DNA of 64,000 nucleotides from Fibrobacteria bacterium (lineage in GTDB: Bacteria; Fibrobacterota; Chitinivibrionia; Chitinivibrionales; FEN-1185), in the NCBI GenBank assembly GCA_037447435.1, contig JBBIGR010000002.1, positions 64,001-128,000 on the forward strand, written 5' to 3'. The translations under genes were made by a program, and so were the position numbers. Below the pieces are notes generated by a model. It saw only the letters and a list, made by a program, of their open reading frames with translations. It did no database searches and was not told the DNA's origin. Positions 1 to 9,447 of this stretch are shown here, piece by piece (the first letter of the stretch is position 1; the number at the start of each line of letters is the position of its first letter).

Positions 1-1501
1 TCGATACAACCATTTCTTCGAAATACGTAAGGAAAAACGTCATGAGCAAATACCGGATGTGGAAACCGTCCACGTCGGCATCGGTCGCTATCACGATCCG
101 GTTGTAGCGCAGCTGTTCGATGCTTTCTTCTATGCCGAGCGCCATCATCAAATTGTACAGTTCTTCGTTCTGGTAAATGGCCGCCCGCGTTTTCGCATAA
201 ACGTTTTCAGGTTTGCCCTTGAGCGTGAATATAGCCTGGTTCAGCACGTCGCGAGCGGAGACGATGGATCCTGCGGCCGATTGTCCTTCTGTCAGGAATA
301 TCGTGGATTCCTCGCCGTGCTTTTCATCTCCCAAATGATATTTGCAGTCCTTAAGGCATGGGATTTTAATTTCGATGCGTTTTGCCGCTTCCTTGGCTTC
401 CTTTTTGACCGCATTCAATTCCTTGCGCAACCGTTCGTTCTGGACGATTTTGCTCTCGAGCGATTTTGCGCTTTCGGGGTTTTTATGCAGAAAATCGACG
501 ACGCCGCTTTTCACTTCATTTAAAACCCAGGAGCGGATTTCCGTATTGCCGAGCTTGTTTTTGGTCTGCGATTCGAAAACCGGACTCTTGAGCTTTACCG
601 CGATTGCGCCGGCAATGCCTTCCCGCACGTCCAGGCCCGAATAATCTTTTTTGTAAAACTCGTTGATCCCTTTGAGTATGCCTTCGCGAAACGCCGACAA
701 ATGGGTACCGCCGTCACTGGTGAGCTGGCCATTCACAAAAGAGAAATACGTTTCGCCGTAGGTCTGCGTGTGCGTGAACGAAAATTCAAGAAACTTCGTC
801 TTGTAATGGCCAATGGGATAAGTAATGCCTTCGCCCACTTCTTCCGCCAACAAGTCCAGAAGCCCGTTTTTGGATTCGAAAACCTGCTTGTTGAATATGA
901 GTTTGAGCCCGGTGTTGAGGCAGGCGTAATTCCACATTCTGCTTTCGATATATTCGTAATTATACGTATATTCGCCGAAAAGTTCATTGTCGGGCGTGAA
1001 TTCGACGTAGGTCCCGTTGGGTTGGCCTTTTACCGGACCTTTGCGTTTGGAAATAAGTTTTCCTTTTGAGAAAACTGCTTCGAAGAATTCGCCGTCGCGA
1101 TACGACGTGACCTTAAAATGTGACGACATGCCGTTCACCGCTTTTGTGCCGACCCCGTTGAGACCAACCGAGAATTGGAACACGTCGTCATTGTATTTGG
1201 CGCCGGTATTTATCACCGATACGCATTCGATGACCTTACCGAGGGGAATTCCGCGACCGTAATCGCGCACCGAAAGGATGTTGTTTTCAATGGTGATTTC
1301 AACTTTTTTGCCAACGCCCATGATGAATTCATCGATGGAATTGTCTATCACTTCCTTAAGCAGAATGTAAATCCCGTCGTCGGGATTCGAGCCGTCGCCG
1401 AGCCTGCCTATGTACATGCCCGGCCGAAGCCTTATGTGGTCAAGGGAGCTTAAGGTCTTGATTGTTTTTTCGTCGTAAACTGGAGCTGTGGTTTTATTCA
1501 T
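1..1501 (-). CDS. parE: DNA topoisomerase IV subunit B (type II topoisomerase B subunit); 3' end runs off the window
   Basis: Absent from the ORF track because there is no stop in the window. Manual translation from ATG at 1501 gives MNKTTAPVYDEKTIKTLSSLDHIRLRPGMYIGRLGDG...EVIDNSIDE...RDYGRGIP...SVGLNGVGTKAVN (GHKL ATPase) and, near position 1, IATDADVDGFHI (Toprim). The parE versus gyrB call rests on recalled subfamily signatures. Confidence 0.88.
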   Translation of the reverse strand, partial: MNKTTAPVYDEKTIKTLSSLDHIRLRPGMYIGRLGDGSNPDDGIYILLKEVIDNSIDEFIMGVGKKVEITIENNILSVRDYGRGIPLGKVIECVSVINTGAKYNDDVFQFSVGLNGVGTKAVNGMSSHFKVTSYRDGEFFEAVFSKGKLISKRKGPVKGQPNGTYVEFTPDNELFGEYTYNYEYIESRMWNYACLNTGLKLIFNKQVFESKNGLLDLLAEEVGEGITYPIGHYKTKFLEFSFTHTQTYGETYFSFVNGQLTSDGGTHLSAFREGILKGINEFYKKDYSGLDVREGIAGAIAVKLKSPVFESQTKNKLGNTEIRSWVLNEVKSGVVDFLHKNPESAKSLESKIVQNERLRKELNAVKKEAKEAAKRIEIKIPCLKDCKYHLGDEKHGEESTIFLTEGQSAAGSIVSARDVLNQAIFTLKGKPENVYAKTRAAIYQNEELYNLMMALGIEESIEQLRYNRIVIATDADVDGFHIRYLLMTFFLTYFEEMVVS

Positions 1502-1632
1502 GCCTAATAGGTAGTACCAATTGAATGGAAATGTACAATCACTAGTGGAAAATTATGGTTTTAATATAATATCTGCAATCCGTGAATTTTGCGATGCACA
1601 AAGATTTTAATTTTTGGTTTTGTGAAAAAATT

Positions 1633-2547
1633 CTAATGTAAAAAGGTGATTTGCGGTTCCCTATTTACCACGCTCTTGCAAATCGCTACAAACTCCTCCG
1701 GGGTGAAATTGCTTTTGCAGGTATTGATCAGCCAGCCGCAGATTTCGAATTGCAATTCTTTGGCTTCCGGATCCGTGTGGTCTATTGTAGGAAGCAAGGC
1801 AAAGTCGTTATACTCAACGGTGAAGCCTCCCTGTTTTTCACTCACCCATGTCCCGATCTTTTCCCAGGCAAGTCTATCTCCTGTAAACGGATCGAAAAGT
1901 CCGCAGGCAATCACGGCAGCGTGAATTGCCCGACGGTAAATCGACATCGTCGCGCCGATCGAACAGATCCTGCCGCGCCTCTGGTCCCGTTCCAAAATGT
2001 ATTTGGCCTTGCGAAGTATCCATTTACGGTATTCCTTGAGCGTGCATATTCCCTCCAGAAAAGCCGGCAGTTCATACACCGGAATGACCGACGTGCCAAA
2101 TTCGCCGCATTTCCGATGCGCGATAATTTTCCGGCACATCGCAATAAATTCCGCAGGGGTCTGACAGTTTTTGCAGGAGTTGATTTTCCAGGAGCAAATC
2201 TCAAAATCCACCGTTTCGCCTGCCGGATCGCAATGGTCAAGCGTCGGCATCAGTAGAAACCGTTTTACATACGCTCTATTGTCTTTCGCTTTTTTCGCGT
2301 CCCATTCCTCTATCAGTTCCCATTGCAACGGCTCACCGGTAAACGGGTCCTTTTCTCCGCCGTTGCATACCGCTTCATGAATCGTATTTTCATACAGTGT
2401 AAAAGTCGCGCCGTTTGCACAGGGCCGGTTTCTTTTCCGGTCCTTTTCAAGTATTTCGCCGGTTTTTTCCCGAAGCCAAACATTGTAATAACCCTTGGTA
2501 ATCGTTCCCTGTAAATATTCCGGCAGAGGTTTTGATGGTCTGGGCAT
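1633..2547 (-). CDS. Putative HNH-family endonuclease made of two tandem ~150-aa copies
   Basis: Both halves carry DPFTG(E/D)xLxW, PT(L/I)DH and FEICxWxINxCK motifs, an HNH/beta-beta-alpha-metal-like DH...N...K pattern. Confidence 0.65.
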   Translation of the reverse strand: MPRPSKPLPEYLQGTITKGYYNVWLREKTGEILEKDRKRNRPCANGATFTLYENTIHEAVCNGGEKDPFTGEPLQWELIEEWDAKKAKDNRAYVKRFLLMPTLDHCDPAGETVDFEICSWKINSCKNCQTPAEFIAMCRKIIAHRKCGEFGTSVIPVYELPAFLEGICTLKEYRKWILRKAKYILERDQRRGRICSIGATMSIYRRAIHAAVIACGLFDPFTGDRLAWEKIGTWVSEKQGGFTVEYNDFALLPTIDHTDPEAKELQFEICGWLINTCKSNFTPEEFVAICKSVVNREPQITFLH

Positions 2548-2618
2548 AAAGAACCTTTCTTATGCCGATTTGCATTCAAAAAGAGTGGTGACGCGCAATG
2601 TCTCTGCAGGCGCCTTCT

Positions 2619-3791
2619 CTAAACAAGACCCAAAAGGAATTTGTCGGCAGAAACAATCCGTATACCCGATATCATTGTATCGACGCCTGACGTCTTGACA
2701 ACCTGGTAACAGAACGGGATTTTCCATTTTTCCTTAAAAAGCGCAAGTGCCGGGGAAAGCGAAATATCGCTGGTTTTCACCTCTACCGCAAACCACGGCT
2801 TGTTGTCGACCGTTACGACAAAATCAACTTCTCGCTTCGACATGTCTCGTAGGAAATAAAGCCCTGTTTTGTATCCCTCAAAATCATAAAGGTACTGAAC
2901 TAATTTTAATAAATGCGATGCGACCATATTTTCAAATCGAGCAGATTCGCCGGAAAGTTCCGACCAATCCCACAGATATAACTTTGGTTCTTTCTTGAGT
3001 GCTAATACGGATTTTGAAACAAACGGATATACACGAAAGTGGTAATAAAATGTTTCCAGTATATCTAACCAATGGGCAACCGCGCGAAAGCTTACGTCAA
3101 GGTCCTCACGGATCGCATTTGTAGACAATAGCGATCCCACTTTTTCCGGCAACAAATCGCTTAAAGCCTTCATACTGCCAAGATCGCGGATTATCGCAAT
3201 ATCCAGAATATCTTCGCGAAACATCCGTTCGATTTTTTCATTGTGCCATCTTCTGAGCACTCGGTCGCTTTGTTTCGTTAATGGCTCAGGAAACCCGCCG
3301 AAACTCATGAGGTCATTAAATGATTTTGGGGCAGAGCCGGTAGGTATATCAAGCTCATGAAACGGCTTAAACATATTTTTCTTGTTTTCCAACTCGGCAA
3401 CAGAAAACGGATGTAAACGATAAAAGTGATATCGCCCCTGTAACGAATCGCCACCTTTGCGAAACACATCCAGGCGGCTGCTGCCTGTGACAATAATACC
3501 GAAACGATCCTTGTTCTTGTCGTATTCGCCCTTGATAAATGCTTTCCATTTTTTGTACTTGTGGATTTCATCAAAGGAAACAAGATCCGCCTCCGTCGGC
3601 CACGCCGACGCCATGATTTGTTTTCTGTCTTGACGGTTGTCCCAGTTGAAATATGCGGGGCTTTTATACGTTTTTGCGACAATCTTGTTGGCAAGGGTGG
3701 TTTTTCCTACCTGGCGAGGGCCGCCCAGGAATACCATCTTTTTTTCGTGCAAATCTTCAATAATTGGCTCTGTGAGGTACCTTTTTTTCAT
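2619..3791 (-). CDS. AAA+ ATPase (AAA_14) with C-terminal DUF4143 / PD-(D/E)xK-like domain
   Basis: Walker A GPRQVGKT, Walker B FDEIH, VTGSS, SLQGR, FGGFPE, KLYLWD and REVDFVV...AVEVK. Start trimmed to MKKRYL (ATG at 3791). Confidence 0.88.
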   Translation of the reverse strand: MKKRYLTEPIIEDLHEKKMVFLGGPRQVGKTTLANKIVAKTYKSPAYFNWDNRQDRKQIMASAWPTEADLVSFDEIHKYKKWKAFIKGEYDKNKDRFGIIVTGSSRLDVFRKGGDSLQGRYHFYRLHPFSVAELENKKNMFKPFHELDIPTGSAPKSFNDLMSFGGFPEPLTKQSDRVLRRWHNEKIERMFREDILDIAIIRDLGSMKALSDLLPEKVGSLLSTNAIREDLDVSFRAVAHWLDILETFYYHFRVYPFVSKSVLALKKEPKLYLWDWSELSGESARFENMVASHLLKLVQYLYDFEGYKTGLYFLRDMSKREVDFVVTVDNKPWFAVEVKTSDISLSPALALFKEKWKIPFCYQVVKTSGVDTMISGIRIVSADKFLLGLV

Positions 3792-3912
3792 GATCCCGTA
3801 TGCCCCGTTCTTTTGCCTTAAACATACAATCACCGCGTTTTAAGGTCAAGAAAGATTTGCGTGTAAGCAAATCTTTCGATCGAAACATTTGCCTTAGAGC
3901 AAATGTTTCACG

Positions 3913-4806
3913 TCACCGTTGTGATGGGCGGCCTAACAACATGTCCTTAAGGACATCTCTATATTTATGCAATGTCACATACACTGCCTTATCCGGCATT
4001 GGCACTTCGCGGGGAAAAGGCCTGGAATAAATGCCGGTAACCGTATGATGCAGCACATGTTCACGGGAATCGTTATGGGTTAAAAACAAAAAAATCTTTT
4101 CCAAAATCCCGTTGCTTCGGAGGTTTCTCGTCCACAGGTTCCGCTCCTTCCAATCGCCTTCCATGATGAGGTTTCCGTGTTCGACAAGCTGCGAATGATG
4201 GAGAATAACGGAGCCTACCCAGAAAGCAAGCACGTACGCCATGACGATATCGCCCGGGCGCACCTCGAAAAGCAACGAACTCGCCAGTCCGGCGCAAAAG
4301 AGGTAGACGACCCAGACAAAAAACGAAACCGCCGCTTTCCAAATGCGGTATCTGTCCCTGAAATGCGCATTCCGCGGGACGGTGACAAGACTTACCGCCA
4401 CCAGATAGGCGATGCCGATGAAAATTTCCAACAGGTTATTGACTATTCTTAATAAGCGGGTCTTAATTTCCCCGTACGGGTGGAATTCCATGTCGCTCCA
4501 CGTGTGGATATGCGTATGGTGGTGGCCGTGTACCATTTTGTAAACCTGCGGATCGCTTACCAGCAAGAGTGCATACACGTTGTACATCGTTTTGTTTGGG
4601 ATAGTCGGAACGTATTTATGCCACGTCTCATGCATAAGGAAACCAAGCCAGGTAAAAAGAAATGCGCCGGGAAAAACGGCTGCAATTACGGCAAGCGCCC
4701 AATGGGCGCGATATATCGCAGGCAAGACGATTAAAAAAGCCACCCATGCGATGGGGGCAAAATAAAACTTCCACGTCTGATGTATAATTTGCGTTTTGGT
4801 AATCAT
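3913..4806 (-). CDS. Membrane fatty acid desaturase/hydroxylase family protein
   Basis: His boxes HETWH, HGHHH and HVLHH plus several hydrophobic helices. Confidence 0.8.
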   Translation of the reverse strand: MITKTQIIHQTWKFYFAPIAWVAFLIVLPAIYRAHWALAVIAAVFPGAFLFTWLGFLMHETWHKYVPTIPNKTMYNVYALLLVSDPQVYKMVHGHHHTHIHTWSDMEFHPYGEIKTRLLRIVNNLLEIFIGIAYLVAVSLVTVPRNAHFRDRYRIWKAAVSFFVWVVYLFCAGLASSLLFEVRPGDIVMAYVLAFWVGSVILHHSQLVEHGNLIMEGDWKERNLWTRNLRSNGILEKIFLFLTHNDSREHVLHHTVTGIYSRPFPREVPMPDKAVYVTLHKYRDVLKDMLLGRPSQR

Positions 4807-5016
4807 GCGGACCTTTTGCTATTTAAAGATGCAAACCGGGAATCACGACCGAACGGAAACTTTTTTCGAATGATAAAAAGAATATAAATACCGGCATATG
4901 CGGTACGGCTTTTGTATGGTTGAAGGAATTTTTCATTTCGGGCGTATAAATCCATAAGACAGCCGTATCCAATCTTTTATATTTATCCAAACAGCAAGTC
5001 ACCGATAAAGGAACGT

Positions 5017-6072
5017 ATGATCGCAAAACTCGGTTCAATTACTTTTTTCGGGAATTCCCTTTTGAATTATGCAGTGAGTATCGGTATAATTCTCGGGGGA
5101 ATCGCGGTGGTTTCCATAGTTCGGTCTATTTTGAAAAAACGCAAAGCAGGTCCGGGCAAAAAAGACGCCGAGCAATCGACCTCGAACATCGTCATGTTGG
5201 TGCAACGAGTAATCATTCCGTTGCTTTACCTGCTCGTTATTTACAGCGGGATAATGCACCTTACCATGCCTCAATTCGTCGAAAAAACGTTGCGCACGGT
5301 TTTTACCGCAGCCTTTACCGTTGTCGCCATAAATATCCTGATCGCTTTTTTAAATTCGGTCGTCCGGCACCTGATTCTTGACAAAAGCAGAGACGACGCG
5401 CAACAGCGTTCTTTTGGTGCCGTGTGGCCCATCGCGCAAGCGCTCATTTGGTCCATCGGTATCATTTTCCTTTTGGAAAATATCGGTTTTAAGATCACCA
5501 CGCTCGTTGCCGGACTCGGCGTCGGCGGCGTCGCGGTGGCGCTTGCAGGCCAGGCGCTGCTCAAAGACGTATTCGGCTATTTCACGATATTGCTTGACAA
5601 ACCGTTCGAACTGGGCGATTCGATCGCCGTCGGCGAATCCGCGGGAACCGTGGAACATATCGGCCTCAAAACAACAAGAATAAGGAGCCTTGAAGGGGAG
5701 TTGTTGATTTTGACAAATACGGCGCTCACGGATTCCCGGGTCCACAATTACAAAAACATGGCGCGACGCCGCGTGCAGTTCGGCATCGCCGTGGTTTACC
5801 AGACGCGACGGGAGCTCCTCGAATCGATTCCGGGGATTATCGAGGCGGCGATAAAGAGTACGTCCCAAACATCGTTCGACCGGGCGCATTTCGCCTCATT
5901 CGGGAACATCGGTTTTGTCTTCGAAGCTGTTTATTATGTGGAAAATCCTGATTACAATTTGTATATGGACCGCCAACAGGAAATCAATCTTCGCATCGTT
6001 CGGTCGTTTGAGGAAAAAGGAATATTACCGGCTTGTCAAGCATTGCCTCGCGCGCCGCATACATCGGCTTAG
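5017..6072 (+). CDS. mscS: Small-conductance mechanosensitive channel (MscS family)
   Basis: LVAGLGVGGVAVALAGQ, DKPFELGD, GTVEHIGLKTTRIRSLEGE and N-terminal TM helices. Confidence 0.92.
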   Translation: MIAKLGSITFFGNSLLNYAVSIGIILGGIAVVSIVRSILKKRKAGPGKKDAEQSTSNIVMLVQRVIIPLLYLLVIYSGIMHLTMPQFVEKTLRTVFTAAFTVVAINILIAFLNSVVRHLILDKSRDDAQQRSFGAVWPIAQALIWSIGIIFLLENIGFKITTLVAGLGVGGVAVALAGQALLKDVFGYFTILLDKPFELGDSIAVGESAGTVEHIGLKTTRIRSLEGELLILTNTALTDSRVHNYKNMARRRVQFGIAVVYQTRRELLESIPGIIEAAIKSTSQTSFDRAHFASFGNIGFVFEAVYYVENPDYNLYMDRQQEINLRIVRSFEEKGILPACQALPRAPHTSA

Positions 6073-6127
6073 CTTCCATTTTTAAACCCTCCTCTCACCC
6101 TCGCAACAGTACTATTTGGCGTCCTGC

Positions 6128-6282
6128 CGTAGACCAATTTTTACAATCAAGTCATCATTTATAGCCAATTTGAAAATTGTAACAAATTGATAAACAAACA
6201 GATAAGTGTTTAATTACGTAGTCCAAACGGTCTACACTTTTTGGTTTTTCACAAACCAATGCGTGTTTTGGCGTGCTATATT
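6128..6282 (+). promoter_or_regulatory. Activator-dependent promoter, copy 1: CGTAGACCA half-site (6128), IHF consensus (6180-6192), imperfect palindrome CGTAGTCCAAACGGTCTACA (6217-6236), extended -10 TGcTATATT (6274-6282)
   Basis: All four elements recur at the same offsets (0, +52, +89, +149) at 8430-8584. TAACAAATTGATA matches the IHF consensus YAANNNNTTGATW. Confidence 0.7.
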
Positions 6283-6350
6283 TATTTGCAAGGGAATTTA
6301 AATACCGAAAACCGGGATCCGTATCACACACAATAAAGAGGAGGTCGAGT

Positions 6351-8330
6351 ATGGTCCGAAAGTTCAGTTTGCTTATGTCAATTATCGCGCTTTGCGTCTT
6401 TGCCGTACAGGCGGCAACGTTAAGCGGCACGGTGAAAGTCGGCGACTCCACAGGAGCCGTTATCGCAAATGCGGTTGTCACGCTACGGGCGACCGGCGGC
6501 GGCGGGCAAACACTCGCCGATACGACGAACGCTTCGGGCGCATTCAGCTTTGCAAATGTTCCCGTCGGCACATACCGGCTTGTCGCGGCAAAGACCGGAT
6601 ACCTGGTAGCGAATTCAACAACAGTACAAATCACCGGCGCAACCGCTACCTATACGCAGAATTTGTTCCTTGTCGCAATCGGTCCGGCTGTTTTGGGAAA
6701 AATCACCGGTACCGTCATGGATTCCGTTGCCGGCACGGCGGCAACTCCCTTAAGCGGCGCCAAGGTAATCCTTAGTTCGGGTTTCGGCGCGACCGCGACA
6801 AGAGACACTGCCACGACGGCGGCTAATGGTACCTATACTTTTGATAGTGTCGCTCTCGGCACGTATACCCTTACGGCATCTGCCGCAAACCATTCCGGCC
6901 AAACCGCGACAACGACCATCATCAATGCAACAGCCCGCGTTGTAAACTTTAAATTGATCGGTGTTCAAACGGCATCCATCACCGGCACGGTTACCGACTC
7001 GGCCACTACAACAGCCATAGTCGGCGCAAAAGTGTATGTGCTTACGCGCGGCGGCGTCGCGACAATCGTTGATTCCGCCGTCACCGCAGCGGGCGGCGCA
7101 TTCACCTTCAGCGTCCCGAGCAACACAAATTATACGGTCCGTGCAAGCGCAAGTGCTTACGTTACAAGCAATATGAACGTGACGCTTACCGGAACAACCG
7201 GCCAAGCTTTAACGTTCAAACTTGTCAAAATAGCAATGGCGTCGATTACCGGGACCGTTACCGATTCTACGGCTTCGGGCGTTGCCCCGGTGGCTAATGC
7301 AAAAGTCTATCTGCGCACGACCGGGGGGACCATACTCGATTCGGCTACCACGCCCGCAGCAGGGACCTATACTTTTACTAATGTTCCGAGCGGCGTTTCT
7401 TACACGGTACGTGCAACTGCCGCCGGATACGTGACCGGCAACATTAATGTCAATGTGACCGGCACGTCCGCGGTTACGGTCAACATCCGACTTGTCAAGA
7501 CTCCGTCGGCCAATCTGTTTGTTCTGGTGAAAAAATCAAGCGATAGCACGGCGATCGCCGGCGCATCCGTAACTGTAAGCGGCACAACGGTATTGAATGC
7601 AACGACCCCGGCAAGCGGCTTGGTCGCTTTCACGGGTATCGGCATCGGCAATTACACAATCACGATTTCCGCCGCTAATTTTACCGCCCGCAGCGTTACA
7701 ACGGCCCTGACCGCAAACGCAGTCGACACGGTAAAAATTTATCTGACAGCCGCAGCAGGTGGAACAAAAGTACTCAAAGGAACCGTCGTGGATTCATCGT
7801 CGGCATCAAAGGCTCCTCTTGCCCATGTCGCCGTTATCCTTACCATCCAAGGCGCAGGCATCGGCGGAGGCACTTTGACGCTTATCGATTCCACCGACGC
7901 AACCGGCGCCTATAGCATCGCCGGCATCCCGTCGACACGGACTGGCGGCACGATAACCGCAACCCTGAGCGGCTATCGCGTCTATACCAACAATGCATTG
8001 ACGCTTGGCCAGGTCAACCTCGCCGACACGACGACATTCCGTATCGCGCTTCTCCCTGTCGCGTCATCGGTCAATAGCCCGGTTGCGATGGAAAACCCGG
8101 TTGCCCGCGGATTCACCATGACCCCCGGAATGCTTCGGTTAAGCAACTTGCGCGACGCCGGAGCGGTCAGGGTCTTTTCCGTAAACGGACAATTGCTGTT
8201 TAACAGCAAAATAGCCCCGAACACGTCGATTGTCGCAATCCCCGGCAATCTTGTAAAATCCGGAAGTGTGTACGTTGTCAGCGTTTCTCAGACAAATGCG
8301 GTGTATCGCAAACAGGTATTTGTCCCATAA
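6351..8330 (+). CDS. Secreted Ala/Thr-rich protein with six carboxypeptidase-regulatory-like beta-sandwich repeats and a T9SS-type C-terminal domain
   Basis: RBS GAGGAGG before ATG 6351. Signal peptide MVRKFSLL...AVQA, repeats of type ITGTVTDS...AKV...GxYT/F...YTVRA.A.GY, and tail VRVFSVNGQLL...GSVYVVSV...KQVFVP. Confidence 0.8.
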   Translation: MVRKFSLLMSIIALCVFAVQAATLSGTVKVGDSTGAVIANAVVTLRATGGGGQTLADTTNASGAFSFANVPVGTYRLVAAKTGYLVANSTTVQITGATATYTQNLFLVAIGPAVLGKITGTVMDSVAGTAATPLSGAKVILSSGFGATATRDTATTAANGTYTFDSVALGTYTLTASAANHSGQTATTTIINATARVVNFKLIGVQTASITGTVTDSATTTAIVGAKVYVLTRGGVATIVDSAVTAAGGAFTFSVPSNTNYTVRASASAYVTSNMNVTLTGTTGQALTFKLVKIAMASITGTVTDSTASGVAPVANAKVYLRTTGGTILDSATTPAAGTYTFTNVPSGVSYTVRATAAGYVTGNINVNVTGTSAVTVNIRLVKTPSANLFVLVKKSSDSTAIAGASVTVSGTTVLNATTPASGLVAFTGIGIGNYTITISAANFTARSVTTALTANAVDTVKIYLTAAAGGTKVLKGTVVDSSSASKAPLAHVAVILTIQGAGIGGGTLTLIDSTDATGAYSIAGIPSTRTGGTITATLSGYRVYTNNALTLGQVNLADTTTFRIALLPVASSVNSPVAMENPVARGFTMTPGMLRLSNLRDAGAVRVFSVNGQLLFNSKIAPNTSIVAIPGNLVKSGSVYVVSVSQTNAVYRKQVFVP

Positions 8331-8357
8331 AAATGGCGTAGTGTTTCTGTCCGGTAT

Positions 8358-8395
8358 GCGCCCCGCTCTCTTCTACAAAGGAAGCGGGGCGTTTT
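8358..8395 (+). terminator. Rho-independent terminator
   Basis: GCGCCCCGCT...AGCGGGGCGT stem followed by TTT, 28 bp after the stop codon. Confidence 0.7.
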
Positions 8396-8429
8396 ACTAT
8401 GCGCTCGAACATAAGCTGCAGGCTGCGCC

Positions 8430-8584
8430 CGTAGACCATTAACAAGAATAAAGCATCTGATTTAAATAGCACAAAACCATTTAACACGCTGATAATTATG
8501 AAATTAACTTTTTTATTCCGTAGTACATATGGTCTACATTTTTTTACATTTTTGTTATCGTTTTAATCTCTTTCGCGGTATATT
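8430..8584 (+). promoter_or_regulatory. Activator-dependent promoter, copy 2: CGTAGACCA (8430), IHF-like TAACACGCTGATA (8482-8494), palindrome CGTAGTACATATGGTCTACA (8519-8538), -10 TATATT (8579-8584)
   Basis: Same offsets as the 6128 element; the palindromes are 17/20 identical. Confidence 0.7.
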
Positions 8585-8616
8585 ATATGTATAGTACAAC
8601 AGAGGAACCTTAATTC

Positions 8617-9447
8617 ATGATAAACATTTTCGATTATTACGATTACCAAAAATTCCTACGGGCTTACTACGAGAATAAAAAGGCCGTGGATCCGAATTTT
8701 TCCTATCGCTTCATTCAACAGCGCGTCGGAATAGACCCGGGCTATCTGCTTAAGGTTTTCCAGGGTAAAAAAGATCTTACCGATCGTTTTGTCCCCAAGT
8801 TCACCGCGCTGCTCAAGCTTTCTAAGAGAGAAAGCGAATATTTTTCTCTCATGGTCAGGTTCGGAAGGGCAAAAAAGAACGTCGACATCAAACGCCATTT
8901 CGAACATATGCTTTCTTTTGTCGAATTCAGCAGCAATAAAGTCGATGCCGACAAATACGAATTTTATCAAAAATGGTATTATACCGCGGTACGCGAACTC
9001 ATCGGCATCATCCGTTTTTCCGACGATTACGACGAACTCGCCCGTATGGTGGAGCCGGCAATCAGGGCGCCGGAAGCAAAAAAGGCGATAGAACTTTTAG
9101 TCAGACTCGGGTTCATCCAGAAAAACAAGGACGGCATTTACGAAGTGACGTCCCGGTTCATCACCACCGGGGAAGAATGGCGTTCAATAGCCATTCGGAC
9201 GTTCCAAAAAGAGGCGCTCGGTCTTGCCCAGAACGCACTGGACTCCATTGCAAAAGACCAACGCGACATTTCCACGCTGACCATGAGCCTGTCGGCCGAC
9301 GGTTTTTTAAAGGTTCGCGAATGCCTCGCAAAATGCCGCAAGGAAATGCTGGATATCGCCCATAAAGACCTGGACGTGTCCCGGTCTTATCATGTCAATT
9401 TTTCCCTGTTTCCGATAACGAAACAAAACCCGGAGGTGGCCAAATGA
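8617..9447 (+). CDS. TIGR02147 family (DUF4423) protein, predicted DNA-binding regulator
   Basis: IFDYYDYQKFLRAYYE...FSYR...GYLLKVFQGK, YEFYQKWYYTAVRELI, RDISTLTMSLS and YHVNFSLFP, recognised as the Fibrobacter paralogous family. Confidence 0.88.
   Translation: MINIFDYYDYQKFLRAYYENKKAVDPNFSYRFIQQRVGIDPGYLLKVFQGKKDLTDRFVPKFTALLKLSKRESEYFSLMVRFGRAKKNVDIKRHFEHMLSFVEFSSNKVDADKYEFYQKWYYTAVRELIGIIRFSDDYDELARMVEPAIRAPEAKKAIELLVRLGFIQKNKDGIYEVTSRFITTGEEWRSIAIRTFQKEALGLAQNALDSIAKDQRDISTLTMSLSADGFLKVRECLAKCRKEMLDIAHKDLDVSRSYHVNFSLFPITKQNPEVAK

Noticed and set aside
59..1453. Plus-strand ORFs 59-523, 701-1069 and 1175-1453
   Set aside because: Antisense shadows of the minus-strand parE frame, which carries clear GHKL and Toprim motifs.
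6128..8538. Reading the duplicated palindrome + IHF elements as recombination (att) sites flanking an excisable cassette
   Set aside because: The central spacers differ (AAAC versus ATAT), no recombinase is nearby, and each copy has a -10 box at the same distance before a gene start, which fits promoters better. Not fully excluded.
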